From: Auanema rhodensis
Lineage: Eukaryota; Animalia; Nematoda
Reading direction: 5' to 3'
DNA length: 64,000 nt
Assembly: GCA_964057225.1 (NCBI GenBank)
Contig: OZ059898.1
Span: forward strand, 20,088,001-20,152,000
Part shown: piece by piece, positions 10,554 through 22,700 of the stretch
Layout of the letters: every line of letters starts with the position of its first letter
Numbering within the stretch: position 1 is the first letter of the stretch
The notes under the pieces: model-generated
Database searches by the model: none
Told to the model about the DNA's origin: nothing
The model's input: only the letters and a program-made list of their open reading frames with translations
Position numbers and translations under genes: made by a program

Positions 10554-13500
10554 TTGAAAAATGATGCATTAGTGTTTTTTGAGTTTCCATGTACACTCAA
10601 CATTGCTTCCAAAAACATTTTGACAAAAATTTTTTCGAAAAATTTCAAAATAATTTCGCAAAAAGTAAATGTTTTTAGATTTCTTTTTTCAAGGCAAAGA
10701 CGATGGACGATGTTATTCAACAAAAAAATTAATTCTTCAGGGTGAAAATCGAGGATATAAGTGTGAACTTATATCAGTTGATATCTCGGTGCATTTTTAA
10801 GCTAGCGCAAATCTGATAACACAGATCGACGCAGCTTAAAAATCCGCATCGAATGCACTATACTACATTGAGAAACGCTTGATACAAAAATTAGTTATGA
10901 TCAGTTGAAAAATGATGCATTAGTGTTTTTTGAGTTTCCATGTACACTCAACATTGCTTCCAAAAACATTTTGACAAAAATTTTTTCGAAAAATTTCAAA
11001 ATAATTTCGCAAAAAGTAAATGTTTTTAGATTTCTTTTTTCAAGGCAAAGACGATGGACGATGTTATTCAACAAAAAAATTAATTCTTCAGGGTGAAAAT
11101 CGAGGATATAAGTGTGAACTTATGTCAGTTGATATCTCGGTGCATTTTTAAGCTAGCGCAAATCTGATAACACAGATCGACGCAGCTTAAAAATCCGCAT
11201 CGAATGCACTATACTACATTGAAAAACGCTTGATACAAAAATTAGTTATGATCGTTTGAAAAATGATGCATTAGTGTATTTTGAGTTTCCATGTACACTC
11301 AACATTGCTTCCAAAAACATTTTGACAAACATTTTTCCGAAAAATTTCAAAATAATTTCGCAAAAAGTAGATGTTTTTCAATTTTATTTTTCAAGGCAAA
11401 GACGATGGACAATGTTATTCAACGAAAAATTTAATTCTTCAGGGTGAAAATCGAGGATATAAGTGTGAACTTATATCAGTTGATATCTCGGTGCATTTTT
11501 AAGCTAGCGCAAATCTGATAACACAGATCGACGCAGCTTAAAATTCTGCATCGAATGCACTATACTACATTGAGAAACGCTTAATACAAAAATTAGTTAT
11601 GATCGTTTGGAAAATGATGCATTAGTGTATGTTGAGTTTCCATGTACACTCAACATTGCTTCCAAAAACATTTTGACAAAAATGTTTTCGAAAAATTTCA
11701 GAATAATTTAGCAAAAAGTAGATGTTTTTAAATTTTTTTTTTCAAGGCAAAGACGATGGACAATGTTATTCAACGAAAAAATTAATTCTTCAGGGTGAAA
11801 ATCGAAGATATAAGTGTGAACTTATATCAGTGATATCTCGGTGCACTTTTAAGCTAGCGCAAATCTGATAACACAGATCGACGCAGCTTAAAAATCAGCA
11901 TCGAATGCACTATACTACATTGAGAAACGCTTAATACAAAAATTAGTTATGATCGTTTGGAAAATGATGCATTAGTGTATGTTGAGTTTCCATGTACACT
12001 CAACATTGCTTCCAAAAACATTTTGACAAAAATTTTTTCGAAAAATTTCAGAATAATTTAGCAAAAAGTAGATGTTTTTAGATTTTTTTTTTAAGGCAAA
12101 GACGATGGACAATGTTATTCAACGAAAAAATTAATTCTTCAGGGTGAAAATCGAGGATATAAGTGTGAACTTATATCAGTTGATATCTCGGTGCATTTTT
12201 AAGCTAGCGCAAATCTGATAACACAGATCGACGCAGCTTAAAAATCCGCATCGAATGCACTATACTACATTGAGAAACGCTTAATACAAAAATTTGTTAT
12301 GATCGTTTGGAAAATGATGCATTAGTGTATGTTGAGTTTCCATGTACACTCAACATTGCTTCCAAAAACATTTTGACAAAAATTTTTTCGAAAAATTTCA
12401 AAATAATTTCGCAAAAAGTAAATGTTTTTAAATTTCTTTTTTCAAGGCAAAGACGATGGACAATGTTATTCAACGAATAAATTAATTCTTCAGGGTGAAA
12501 ATCGAGGATATAAGTGTGAACTTATATCAGTTGATATCTCGGTGCATTTTTAAGCTAGCGCAAATCTGATAACACAGATCGACGCAGCTTAAAAATCCGC
12601 ATCGAATGCACTATACTACATTGAGAAACGCTTGATACAAAAATTAGTTATGATCGTTTGAAAAATGATGCATTAGTGTATGTTGAGTTTCCATGTACAC
12701 TCAACATTGCTTCCAAAAACATTTTGACAAAAATTTTTTCGAAAAATTTCAAAATAATTTCGCAAAAAGTAGATGTTTTTAGATTTTTTTTTTCAAGGCA
12801 AAGACGATGGACGATGTTATTCAACAAAAAAATTAATTCTTCAGGGTGAAAATCGAGGATATAAGTGTGAACTTATATCAGTTGATATCTCGGTGCATTT
12901 TTAAGCTAGCGCAAATCTGATAACACAGATCGACGCAGCTTAAAAATCTGCATCGAATGCACTATACTACATTGAGAAACGCTTAATACAAAAATTAGTT
13001 ATGATCGTTCGGAAAATGATGCATTAGTGTATGTTGAGTTTCCATGTACACTCAACATTGCTTCCAAAAACATTTTGACAAAAATTTTTCCGAAAAATTT
13101 CAAAATAATTTCGCAAAAAGTAGATGTTTTTAGATTTTTTTTTCAAGGCAAAGACGATGGACAATGTTATTCAACGAAAAAATTAATTCTTCAGGGTGAA
13201 AATCGAGGATATAAGTGTGAACTTATATCAGTTGATATCTCGATGCATTTTTAAGCTAGCGCAAATCTGATAACACAGATCGACGCAGCTTAAAAATCCG
13301 CATCGAATGCACTATACTACATTGAGAAACGCTTAATACAAAAATTTGTTATGATCGTTTGGAAAATGATGCATTAGTGTATTTTGAGTTTCCATGTACA
13401 CTCAACATTGCTTCCAAAAACATTTTGACAAAAATTTTTTCGAAAAATTTCAAAATAATTTCGCAAAAAGTAAATGTTTTTAGATTCTTTTTTTTAAGGC

Positions 13501-16500
13501 AAAAACGATGGACAATGTTATTCAACGAAAAAATTAATTCTTCAGGGTGAAAATCGAGGATATAAGTGTGAACTTATATCAGTTGATATCTCGGTGCATT
13601 TTTAAGCTAGCGCAAATCTGATAACACAGATCGACGCAGCTTAAAAATCCGCATCGAATGCACTATACTACATTGAGAAACGCTTGATACAAAAATTAGT
13701 TATGATCGTTTGGAAAATGATGCATTAGTGTATTTTGAGTTTCCATGTACACTCAACATTGCTTCCAAAAACATTTTGACAAAAATTTTTTCGAAAAATT
13801 TCAAAATAATTTCGCAAAAAGTAAATGTTTTTAGATTTCTTTTTTCAAGGCAAAGACGATGGACGATGTTATTCAACAAAAAAATTAATTCTTCAGGGTG
13901 AAAATCGAGGATATAAGTGTGAACTTATATCAGTTGATATCTCGGTGCATTTTTAAGCTAGCGCAAATCTGATAACACAGATCGACGCAGCTTAAAAATC
14001 TGCATCGAATGCACTATACTACATTGAGAAACGCTTAATACAAAAATTAGTTATGATCGTTCGGAAAATGATGCATTAGTGTATGTTGAGTTTCCATGTA
14101 CACTCAACATTGCTTCCAAAAACATTTTGACAAAAATTTTTCCGAAAAATTTCAAAATAATTTCGCAAAAAGTAGATGTTTTTAGATTTTTTTTTTAAGG
14201 CAAAGACGATGGACAATGTTATTCAACGAAAAAATTAATTCTTCAGGATGAAAATCGAGGATATAAGTGTGAACTTATATCAGTTGATATCTCGATGCAT
14301 TTTTAAGCTAGCGCAAATCTGATAACACAGATCGACGCAGCTTAAAACTCCGCATCGAGTGCACTATACTACATTGAGAAACGCTTGATACAAAAATTAG
14401 TTATGATCGTTTGAAAAACGATGCATTAGTGTTTTTTGAGTTTCCATGTACACTCAACATTGCTTCCAAAAACATTTTGACAAAAATTTTTTCGAAAAAT
14501 TTCAAAATAATTTCGCAAAAAGTAAATGTTTTTAGATTCTTTTTTTTAAGGCAAAAACGATGGACAATGTTATTCAACGAAAAAATTAATTCTTCAGGGT
14601 GAAAATCGAGGATATAAGTGTGAACTTATATCAGTTGATATCTCGGTGCATTTTTAAGCTAGCGCAAATCTGATAACACAGATCGACGCAGCTTAAAAAT
14701 CCGCATCGAATGCACTATACTACATTGAGAAACGCTTGATACAAAAATTAGTTATGATCGTTTGGAAAATGATGCATTAGTGTATTTTGAGTTTCCATGT
14801 ACACTCAACATTGCTTCCAAAAACATTTTGACAAAAATTTTTTCGAAAAATTTCAAAATAATTTCGCAAAAAGTAAATGTTTTTAGATTCTTTTTTTTAA
14901 GGCAAAAACGATGGACAATGTTATTCAACGAAAAAATTAATTCTTCAGGGTGAAAATCGAGGATATAAGTGTGAACTTATATCAGTTGATATCTCGGTGC
15001 ATTTTTAAGCTAGCGCAAATCTGATAACACAGATCGACGCAGCTTAAAAATCTGCATCGAATGCACTATACTACATTGAGAAACGCTTAATACAAAAATT
15101 AGTTATGATCGTTCGGAAAATGATGCATTAGTGTATGTTGAGTTTCCATGTACACTCAACATTGCTTCCAAAAACATTTTGACAAAAATTTTTCCGAAAA
15201 ATTTCAAAATAATTTCGCAAAAAGTAGATGTTTTTAGATTTTTTTTTTAAGGCAAAGACGATGGACAATGTTATTCAACGAAAAAATTAATTCTTCAGGG
15301 TGAAAATCGAGGATATAAGTGTGAACTTATATCAGTTGATATCTCGATGCATTTTTAAGCTAGCGCAAATCTGATAACACAGATCGACGCAGCTTAAAAA
15401 TCTGCATCGAATGCACTATACTACATTGAGAAACGCTTAATACAAAAATTTGTTATGATCGTTTGGAAAATGATGCATTAGTGTATTTTGAGTTTCCATG
15501 TACACTCAACATTGCTTCCAAAAACATTTTGACAAAAATTTTTTCGAAAAATTTCAAAATAATTTCGCAAAAAGTAAATGTTTTTAGATTCTTTTTTTTA
15601 AGGCAAAAACGATGGACAATGTTATTCAACGAAAAAATTAATTCTTCAGGGTGAAAATCGAGGATATAAGTGTGAACTTATATCAGTTGATATCTCGGTG
15701 CATTTTTAAGCTAGCGCAAATCTGATAACACAGATCGACGCAGCTTAAAAATCCGCATCGAATGCACTATACTACATTGAGAAACGCTTGATACAAAAAT
15801 TAGTTATGATCGTTTGGAAAATGATGCATTAGTGTATTTTGAGTTTCCATGTACACTCAACATTGCTTCCAAAAACATTTTGACAAAAATTTTTTCGAAA
15901 AATTTCAAAATAATTTCGCAAAAAGTAAATGTTTTTAGATTTCTTTTTTCAAGGCAAAGACGATGGACGATGTTATTCAACAAAAAAATTAATTCTTCAG
16001 GGTGAAAATCGAGGATATAAGTGTGAACTTATATCAGTTGATATCTCGATGCATTTTTAAGCTAGCGCAAATCTGATAACACAGATCGACGCAGCTTAAA
16101 AATCCGCATCGAATGCACTATACTACATTGAGAAACGCTTAATACAAAAATTTGTTATGATCGTTTGGAAAATGATGCATTAGTGTATTTTGAGTTTCCA
16201 TGTACACTCAACATTGCTTCCAAAAACATTTTGACAAAAATTTTTTCGAAAAATTTCAAAATAATTTCGCAAAAAGTAAATGTTTTTAGATTCTTTTTTT
16301 TAAGGCAAAAACGATGGACAATGTTATTCAACGAAAAAATTAATTCTTCAGGGTGAAAATCGAGGATATAAGTGTGAACTTATATCAGTTGATATCTCGG
16401 TGCATTTTTAAGCTAGCGCAAATCTGATAACACAGATCGACGCAGCTTAAAAATCTGCATCGAATGCACTATACTACATTGAGAAACGCTTAATACAAAA

Positions 16501-19206
16501 ATTAGTTATGATCGTTCGGAAAATGATGCATTAGTGTATGTTGAGTTTCCATGTACACTCAACATTGCTTCCAAAAACATTTTGACAAAAATTTTTCCGA
16601 AAAATTTCAAAATAATTTCGCAAAAAGTAGATGTTTTTAGATTTTTTTTTTAAGGCAAAGACGATGGACAATGTTATTCAACGAAAAAATTAATTCTTCA
16701 GGGTGAAAATCGAGGATATAAGTGTGAACTTATATCAGTTGATATCTCGATGCATTTTTAAGCTAGCGCAAATCTGATAACACAGATCGACGCAGCTTAA
16801 AAATCCGCATCGAATGCACTATACTACATTGAGAAACGCTTAATACAAAAATTTGTTATGATCGTTTGGAAAATGATGCATTAGTGTATTTTGAGTTTCC
16901 ATGTACACTCAACATTGCTTCCAAAAACATTTTGACAAAAATTTTTTCGAAAAATTTCAAAATAATTTCGCAAAAAGTAAATGTTTTTAGATTCTTTTTT
17001 TTAAGGCAAAAACGATGGACAATGTTATTCAACGAAAAAATTAATTCTTCAGGGTGAAAATCGAGGATATAAGTGTGAACTTATATCAGTTGATATCTCG
17101 GTGCATTTTTAAGCTAGCGCAAATCTGATAACACAGATCGACGCAGCTTAAAAATCCGCATCGAATGCACTATACTACATTGAGAAACGCTTGATACAAA
17201 AATTAGTTATGATCGTTTGGAAAATGATGCATTAGTGTATTTTGAGTTTCCATGTACACTCAACATTGCTTCCAAAAACATTTTGACAAAAATTTTTTCG
17301 AAAAATTTCAAAATAATTTCGCAAAAAGTAAATGTTTTTAAATTTCTTTTTTCAAGGCAAAGACGATGGACAATGTTATTCAACGAATAAATTAATTCTT
17401 CAGGGTGAAAATCGAGGATATAAGTGTGAACTTATATCAGTTGATATCTCGGTGCATTTTTAAGCTAGCGCAAATCTGATAACACAGATCGACGCAGCTT
17501 AAAAATCCGCATCGAATGCACTATACTACATTGAGAAACGCTTGATACAAAAATTAGTTATGATCGTTTGGAAAATGATGCATTAGTGTATTTTGAGTTT
17601 CCATGTACACTCAACATTGCTTCCAAAAACATTTTGACAAAAATTTTTTCGAAAAATTTCAAAATAATTTCGCAAAAAGTAAATGTTTTTAGATTTCTTT
17701 TTTCAAGGCAAAGACGATGGACGATGTTATTCAACAAAAAAATTAATTCTTCAGGGTGAAAATCGAGGATATAAGTGTGAACTTATATCAGTTGATATCT
17801 CGATGCATTTTTAAGCTAGCGCAAATCTGATAACACAGATCGACGCAGCTTAAAAATCCGCATCGAATGCACTATACTACATTGAGAAACGCTTAATACA
17901 AAAATTTGTTATGATCGTTTGGAAAATGATGCATTAGTGTATTTTGAGTTTCCATGTACACTCAACATTGCTTCCAAAAACATTTTGACAAAAATTTTTT
18001 CGAAAAATTTCAAAATAATTTCGCAAAAAGTAAATGTTTTTAGATTCTTTTTTTTAAGGCAAAAACGATGGACAATGTTATTCAACGAAAAAATTAATTC
18101 TTCAGGGTGAAAATCGAGGATATAAGTGTGAACTTATATCAGTTGATATCTCGGTGCATTTTTAAGCTAGCGCAAATCTGATAACACAGATCGACGCAGC
18201 TTAAAAATCTGCATCGAATGCACTATACTACATTGAGAAACGCTTAATACAAAAATTAGTTATGATCGTTCGGAAAATGATGCATTAGTGTATGTTGAGT
18301 TTCCATGTACACTCAACATTGCTTCCAAAAACATTTTGACAAAAATTTTTCCGAAAAATTTCAAAATAATTTCGCAAAAAGTAGATGTTTTTAGATTTTT
18401 TTTTTAAGGCAAAGACGATGGACAATGTTATTCAACGAAAAAATTAATTCTTCAGGGTGAAAATCGAGGATATAAGTGTGAACTTATATCAGTTGATATC
18501 TCGATGCATTTTTAAGCTAGCGCAAATCTGATAACACAGATCGACGCAGCTTAAAAATCCGCATCGAATGCACTATACTACATTGAGAAACGCTTAATAC
18601 AAAAATTTGTTATGATCGTTTGGAAAATGATGCATTAGTGTATTTTGAGTTTCCATGTACACTCAACATTGCTTCCAAAAACATTTTGACAAAAATTTTT
18701 TCGAAAAATTTCAAAATAATTTCGCAAAAAGTAAATGTTTTTAGATTCTTTTTTTTAAGGCAAAAACGATGGACAATGTTATTCAACGAAAAAATTAATT
18801 CTTCAGGGTGAAAATCGAGGATATAAGTGTGAACTTATATCAGTTGATATCTCGGTGCATTTTTAAGCTAGCGCAAATCTGATAACACAGATCGACGCAG
18901 CTTAAAAATCTGCATCGAATGCACTATACTACATTGAGAAACGCTTAATACAAAAATTAGTTATGATCGTTCGGAAAATGATGCATTAGTGTATGTTGAG
19001 TTTCCATGTACACTCAACATTGCTTCCAAAAACATTTTGACAAAAATTTTTCCGAAAAATTTCAAAATAATTTCGCAAAAAGTAGATGTTTTTAGATTTT
19101 TTTTTTAAGGCAAAGACGATGGACAATGTTATTCAACGAAAAAATCAATTCTTCAGGGTGAAAATCGAGGATATAAGTGTGAACTTATATCAGTTGATAT
19201 CTCGAT

Positions 19207-19230
19207 GCATTTTTACTACATACTACATTG
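19207..19230. other. Deletion junction in a truncated monomer (60 bp lost, 4 bp gained; net -56 bp), copy 1
   Basis: Reads GCATTTTTA-CTAC-ATACTACATTG instead of GCATTTTTA-[AGCTAGCG...GAATGCACT]-ATACTACATTG. Monomer positions 273-332 are missing. Confidence 0.95.
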
Positions 19231-19617
19231 AGAAACGCTTAATACAAAAATTAGTTATGATCGTTCGGAAAATGATGCATTAGTGTATGTTGAGTTTCCA
19301 TGTACACTCAACATTGCTTCCAAAAACATTTTGACAAGAATTTTTCCGAAAAATTTCAAAATAATTTCGCAAAAAGTAGATGTTTTTAGATTTTTTTTTA
19401 AGGCAAAGACGATGGACAATGTTATTCAACGAAAAAATTAATTCTTCAGGGTGAAAATCGAGGATATAAGTGTGAACTTATATCAGTTGATATCTCGGTG
19501 CATTTTTAAGCTAGCGCAAATCTGATAACACAGATCGACGCAGCTTGAAAATCCGCATCGAATGCACTATACTACATTGAGAAACGCTTGATACAAAAAT
19601 TAGTTATGATCGTTTGG

Positions 19618-19743
19618 AAAATGATGCATTAGTGTATGTTGAGTTTCCATGTACACTCAACATTGTTGAGTGTACATGGAAACTCAAAATACACTAATGC
19701 ATCATTTTAGTGTATGTTGAGTTTCCATGTACACTCAACATTG
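19618..19743. repeat. Forward-inverted-forward micro-triplication (+78 bp) forming a 91-bp near-perfect palindrome (19618-19708), copy 1
   Basis: Arm 19618-19662 AAAATGATGC...CACTCAACA, a single T at 19663, then arm 19664-19708 TGTTGAGTG...GCATCATTTT, which is the reverse complement with 1 mismatch. Forward sequence resumes at TTAGTGTATGTTGAG (19707 onward). Confidence 0.97.
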
Positions 19744-22700
19744 CTTCCAAAAACATTTTGACAAAAATTTTTTCGAAAAATTTCAAAATAATTTCGCAAA
19801 AAGTAGATGTTTTTAGATTTTTTTTTTCAAGGCAAAGACGATGGACGATGTTATTCAACAAAAAAATTAATTCTTCAGGGTGAAAATCGAGGATATAAGT
19901 GTGAACTTATATCAGTTGATATCTCGGTGCATTTTTAAGCTAGCGCAAATCTGATAACACAGATCGACGCAGCTTAAAAATCTGCATCGAATGCACTATA
20001 CTACATTGAGAAACGCTTAATACAAAAATTAGTTATGATCGTTCGGAAAATGATGCATTAGTGTATGTTGAGTTTCCATGTACACTCAACATTGCTTCCA
20101 AAAACATTTTGACAAGAATTTTTCCGAAAAATTTCAAAATAATTTCGCAAAAAGTAGATGTTTTTAGATTTTTTTTTTAAGGCAAAGACGATGGACAATG
20201 TTATTCAACGAAAAAATTAATTCTTCAGGGTGAAAATCGAGGATATAAGTGTGAACTTATATCAGTTGATATCTCGATGCATTTTTAAGCTAGCGCAAAT
20301 CTGATAACACAGATCGACGCAGCTTAAAAATCCGCATCGAATGCACTATACTACATTGAGAAACGCTTAATACAAAAATTTGTTATGATCGTTTGGAAAA
20401 TGATGCATTAGTGTATTTTGAGTTTCCATGTACACTCAACATTGCTTCCAAAAACATTTTGACAAAAATTTTTTCGAAAAATTTCAAAATAATTTCGCAA
20501 AAAGTAAATGTTTTTAGATTCTTTTTTTTAAGGCAAAAACGATGGACAATGTTATTCAACGAAAAAATTAATTCTTCAGGGTGAAAATCGAGGATATAAG
20601 TGTGAACTTATATCAGTTGATATCTCGGTGCATTTTTAAGCTAGCGCAAATCTGATAACACAGATCGACGCAGCTTAAAAATCCGCATCGAATGCACTAT
20701 ACTACATTGAGAAACGCTTGATACAAAAATTAGTTATGATCGTTTGGAAAATGATGCATTAGTGTATTTTGAGTTTCCATGTACACTCAACATTGCTTCC
20801 AAAAACATTTTGACAAAAATTTTTTCGAAAAATTTCAAAATAATTTCGCAAAAAGTAAATGTTTTTAGATTTCTTTTTTCAAGGCAAAGACGATGGACGA
20901 TGTTATTCAACAAAAAAATTAATTCTTCAGGGTGAAAATCGAGGATATAAGTGTGAACTTATATCAGTTGATATCTCGGTGCATTTTTACGCTAGCGCAA
21001 ATCTGATAACGCAGATCGACGCAGCTTAAAAATCCGCATCGAATGCACTATACTACATTGAGAAACGCTTAATACAAAAATTTGTTATGATCGTTTGGAA
21101 AATGATGCATTAGTGTATGTTGAGTTTCCATGTACACTCAACATTGCTTCCAAAAACATTTTGACAAAAATTTTTTCGAAAAATTTCAAAATAATTTCGC
21201 AAAAAGTAGATGTTTTTAAATTTCTTTTTTCAAGGCAAAGACGATGGACAATGTTATTCAACGAAAAAATTAATTCTTCAGGGTGAAAATCGAGGATATA
21301 AGTGTGAACTTATATCAGTTGATATCTCGGTGCATTTTTACGCTAGCGCAAATCTGATAACACAGATCGACGCAGCTTAAAAATCCGCATCTAATGCACT
21401 ATACTACATTGAGAAACGCTTAATACAAAAATTTGTTATGATCGTTTGGAAAATGATGCATCAGTGTATGTTGAGTTTCCATGTACACTCAACATTGCTT
21501 CCAAAAACATTTTGACAAAAATTTTTTCGAAAAATTTCAAAATAATTTCGCAAAAAGTAAATGTTTTTAGATTTCTTTTTTCAAGGCAAAGACGATGGAC
21601 GATGTTATTCAACAAAAAAATTAATTCTTCAGGGTGAAAATCGAGGATATAAGTGTGAACTTATATCAGTTGATATCTCGGTGCATTTTTAAGCTAGCGC
21701 AAATCTGATAACACAGATCGACGCAGCTTAAAAATCCGCATCGAATGCACTATACTACATTGAGAAACGCTTGATACAAAAATTAGTTATGATCGTTTGG
21801 AAAATGATGCATTAGTGTATTTTGAGTTTCCATGTACACTCAACATTGCTTCCAAAAACATTTTGACAAAAATTTTTTCGAAAAATTTCAAAATAATTTC
21901 GCAAAAAGTAAATGTTTTTAAATTTCTTTTTTCAAGGCAAAGACGATGGACAATGTTATTCAACGAATAAATTAATTCTTCAGGGTGAAAATCGAGGATA
22001 TAAGTGTGAACTTATATCAGTTGATATCTCGGTGCATTTTTAAGCTAGCGCAAATCTGATAACACAGATCGACGCAGCTTAAAAATCCGCATCGAATGCA
22101 CTATACTACATTGAGAAACGCTTGATACAAAAATTAGTTATGATCGTTTGGAAAATGATGCATTAGTGTATTTTGAGTTTCCATGTACACTCAACATTGC
22201 TTCCAAAAACATTTTGACAAAAATTTTTTCGAAAAATTTCAAAATAATTTCGCAAAAAGTAAATGTTTTTAGATTTCTTTTTTCAAGGCAAAGACGATGG
22301 ACGATGTTATTCAACAAAAAAATTAATTCTTCAGGGTGAAAATCGAGGATATAAGTGTGAACTTATATCAGTTGATATCTCGATGCATTTTTAAGCTAGC
22401 GCAAATCTGATAACACAGATCGACGCAGCTTAAAAATCCGCATCGAATGCACTATACTACATTGAGAAACGCTTAATACAAAAATTTGTTATGATCGTTT
22501 GGAAAATGATGCATTAGTGTATTTTGAGTTTCCATGTACACTCAACATTGCTTCCAAAAACATTTTGACAAAAATTTTTTCGAAAAATTTCAAAATAATT
22601 TCGCAAAAAGTAAATGTTTTTAGATTCTTTTTTTTAAGGCAAAAACGATGGACAATGTTATTCAACGGAAAAATTAATTCTTCAGGGTGAAAATCGAGGA

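Noticed and set aside
19086-19283. Distinct 65-aa ORF (also 24716-24913) and the 73/75/81-aa variants
   Set aside because: These arise only from the 56-bp deletion, 1-bp T-run slips or a single ACG>ATG change in the satellite; there is no independent coding evidence.
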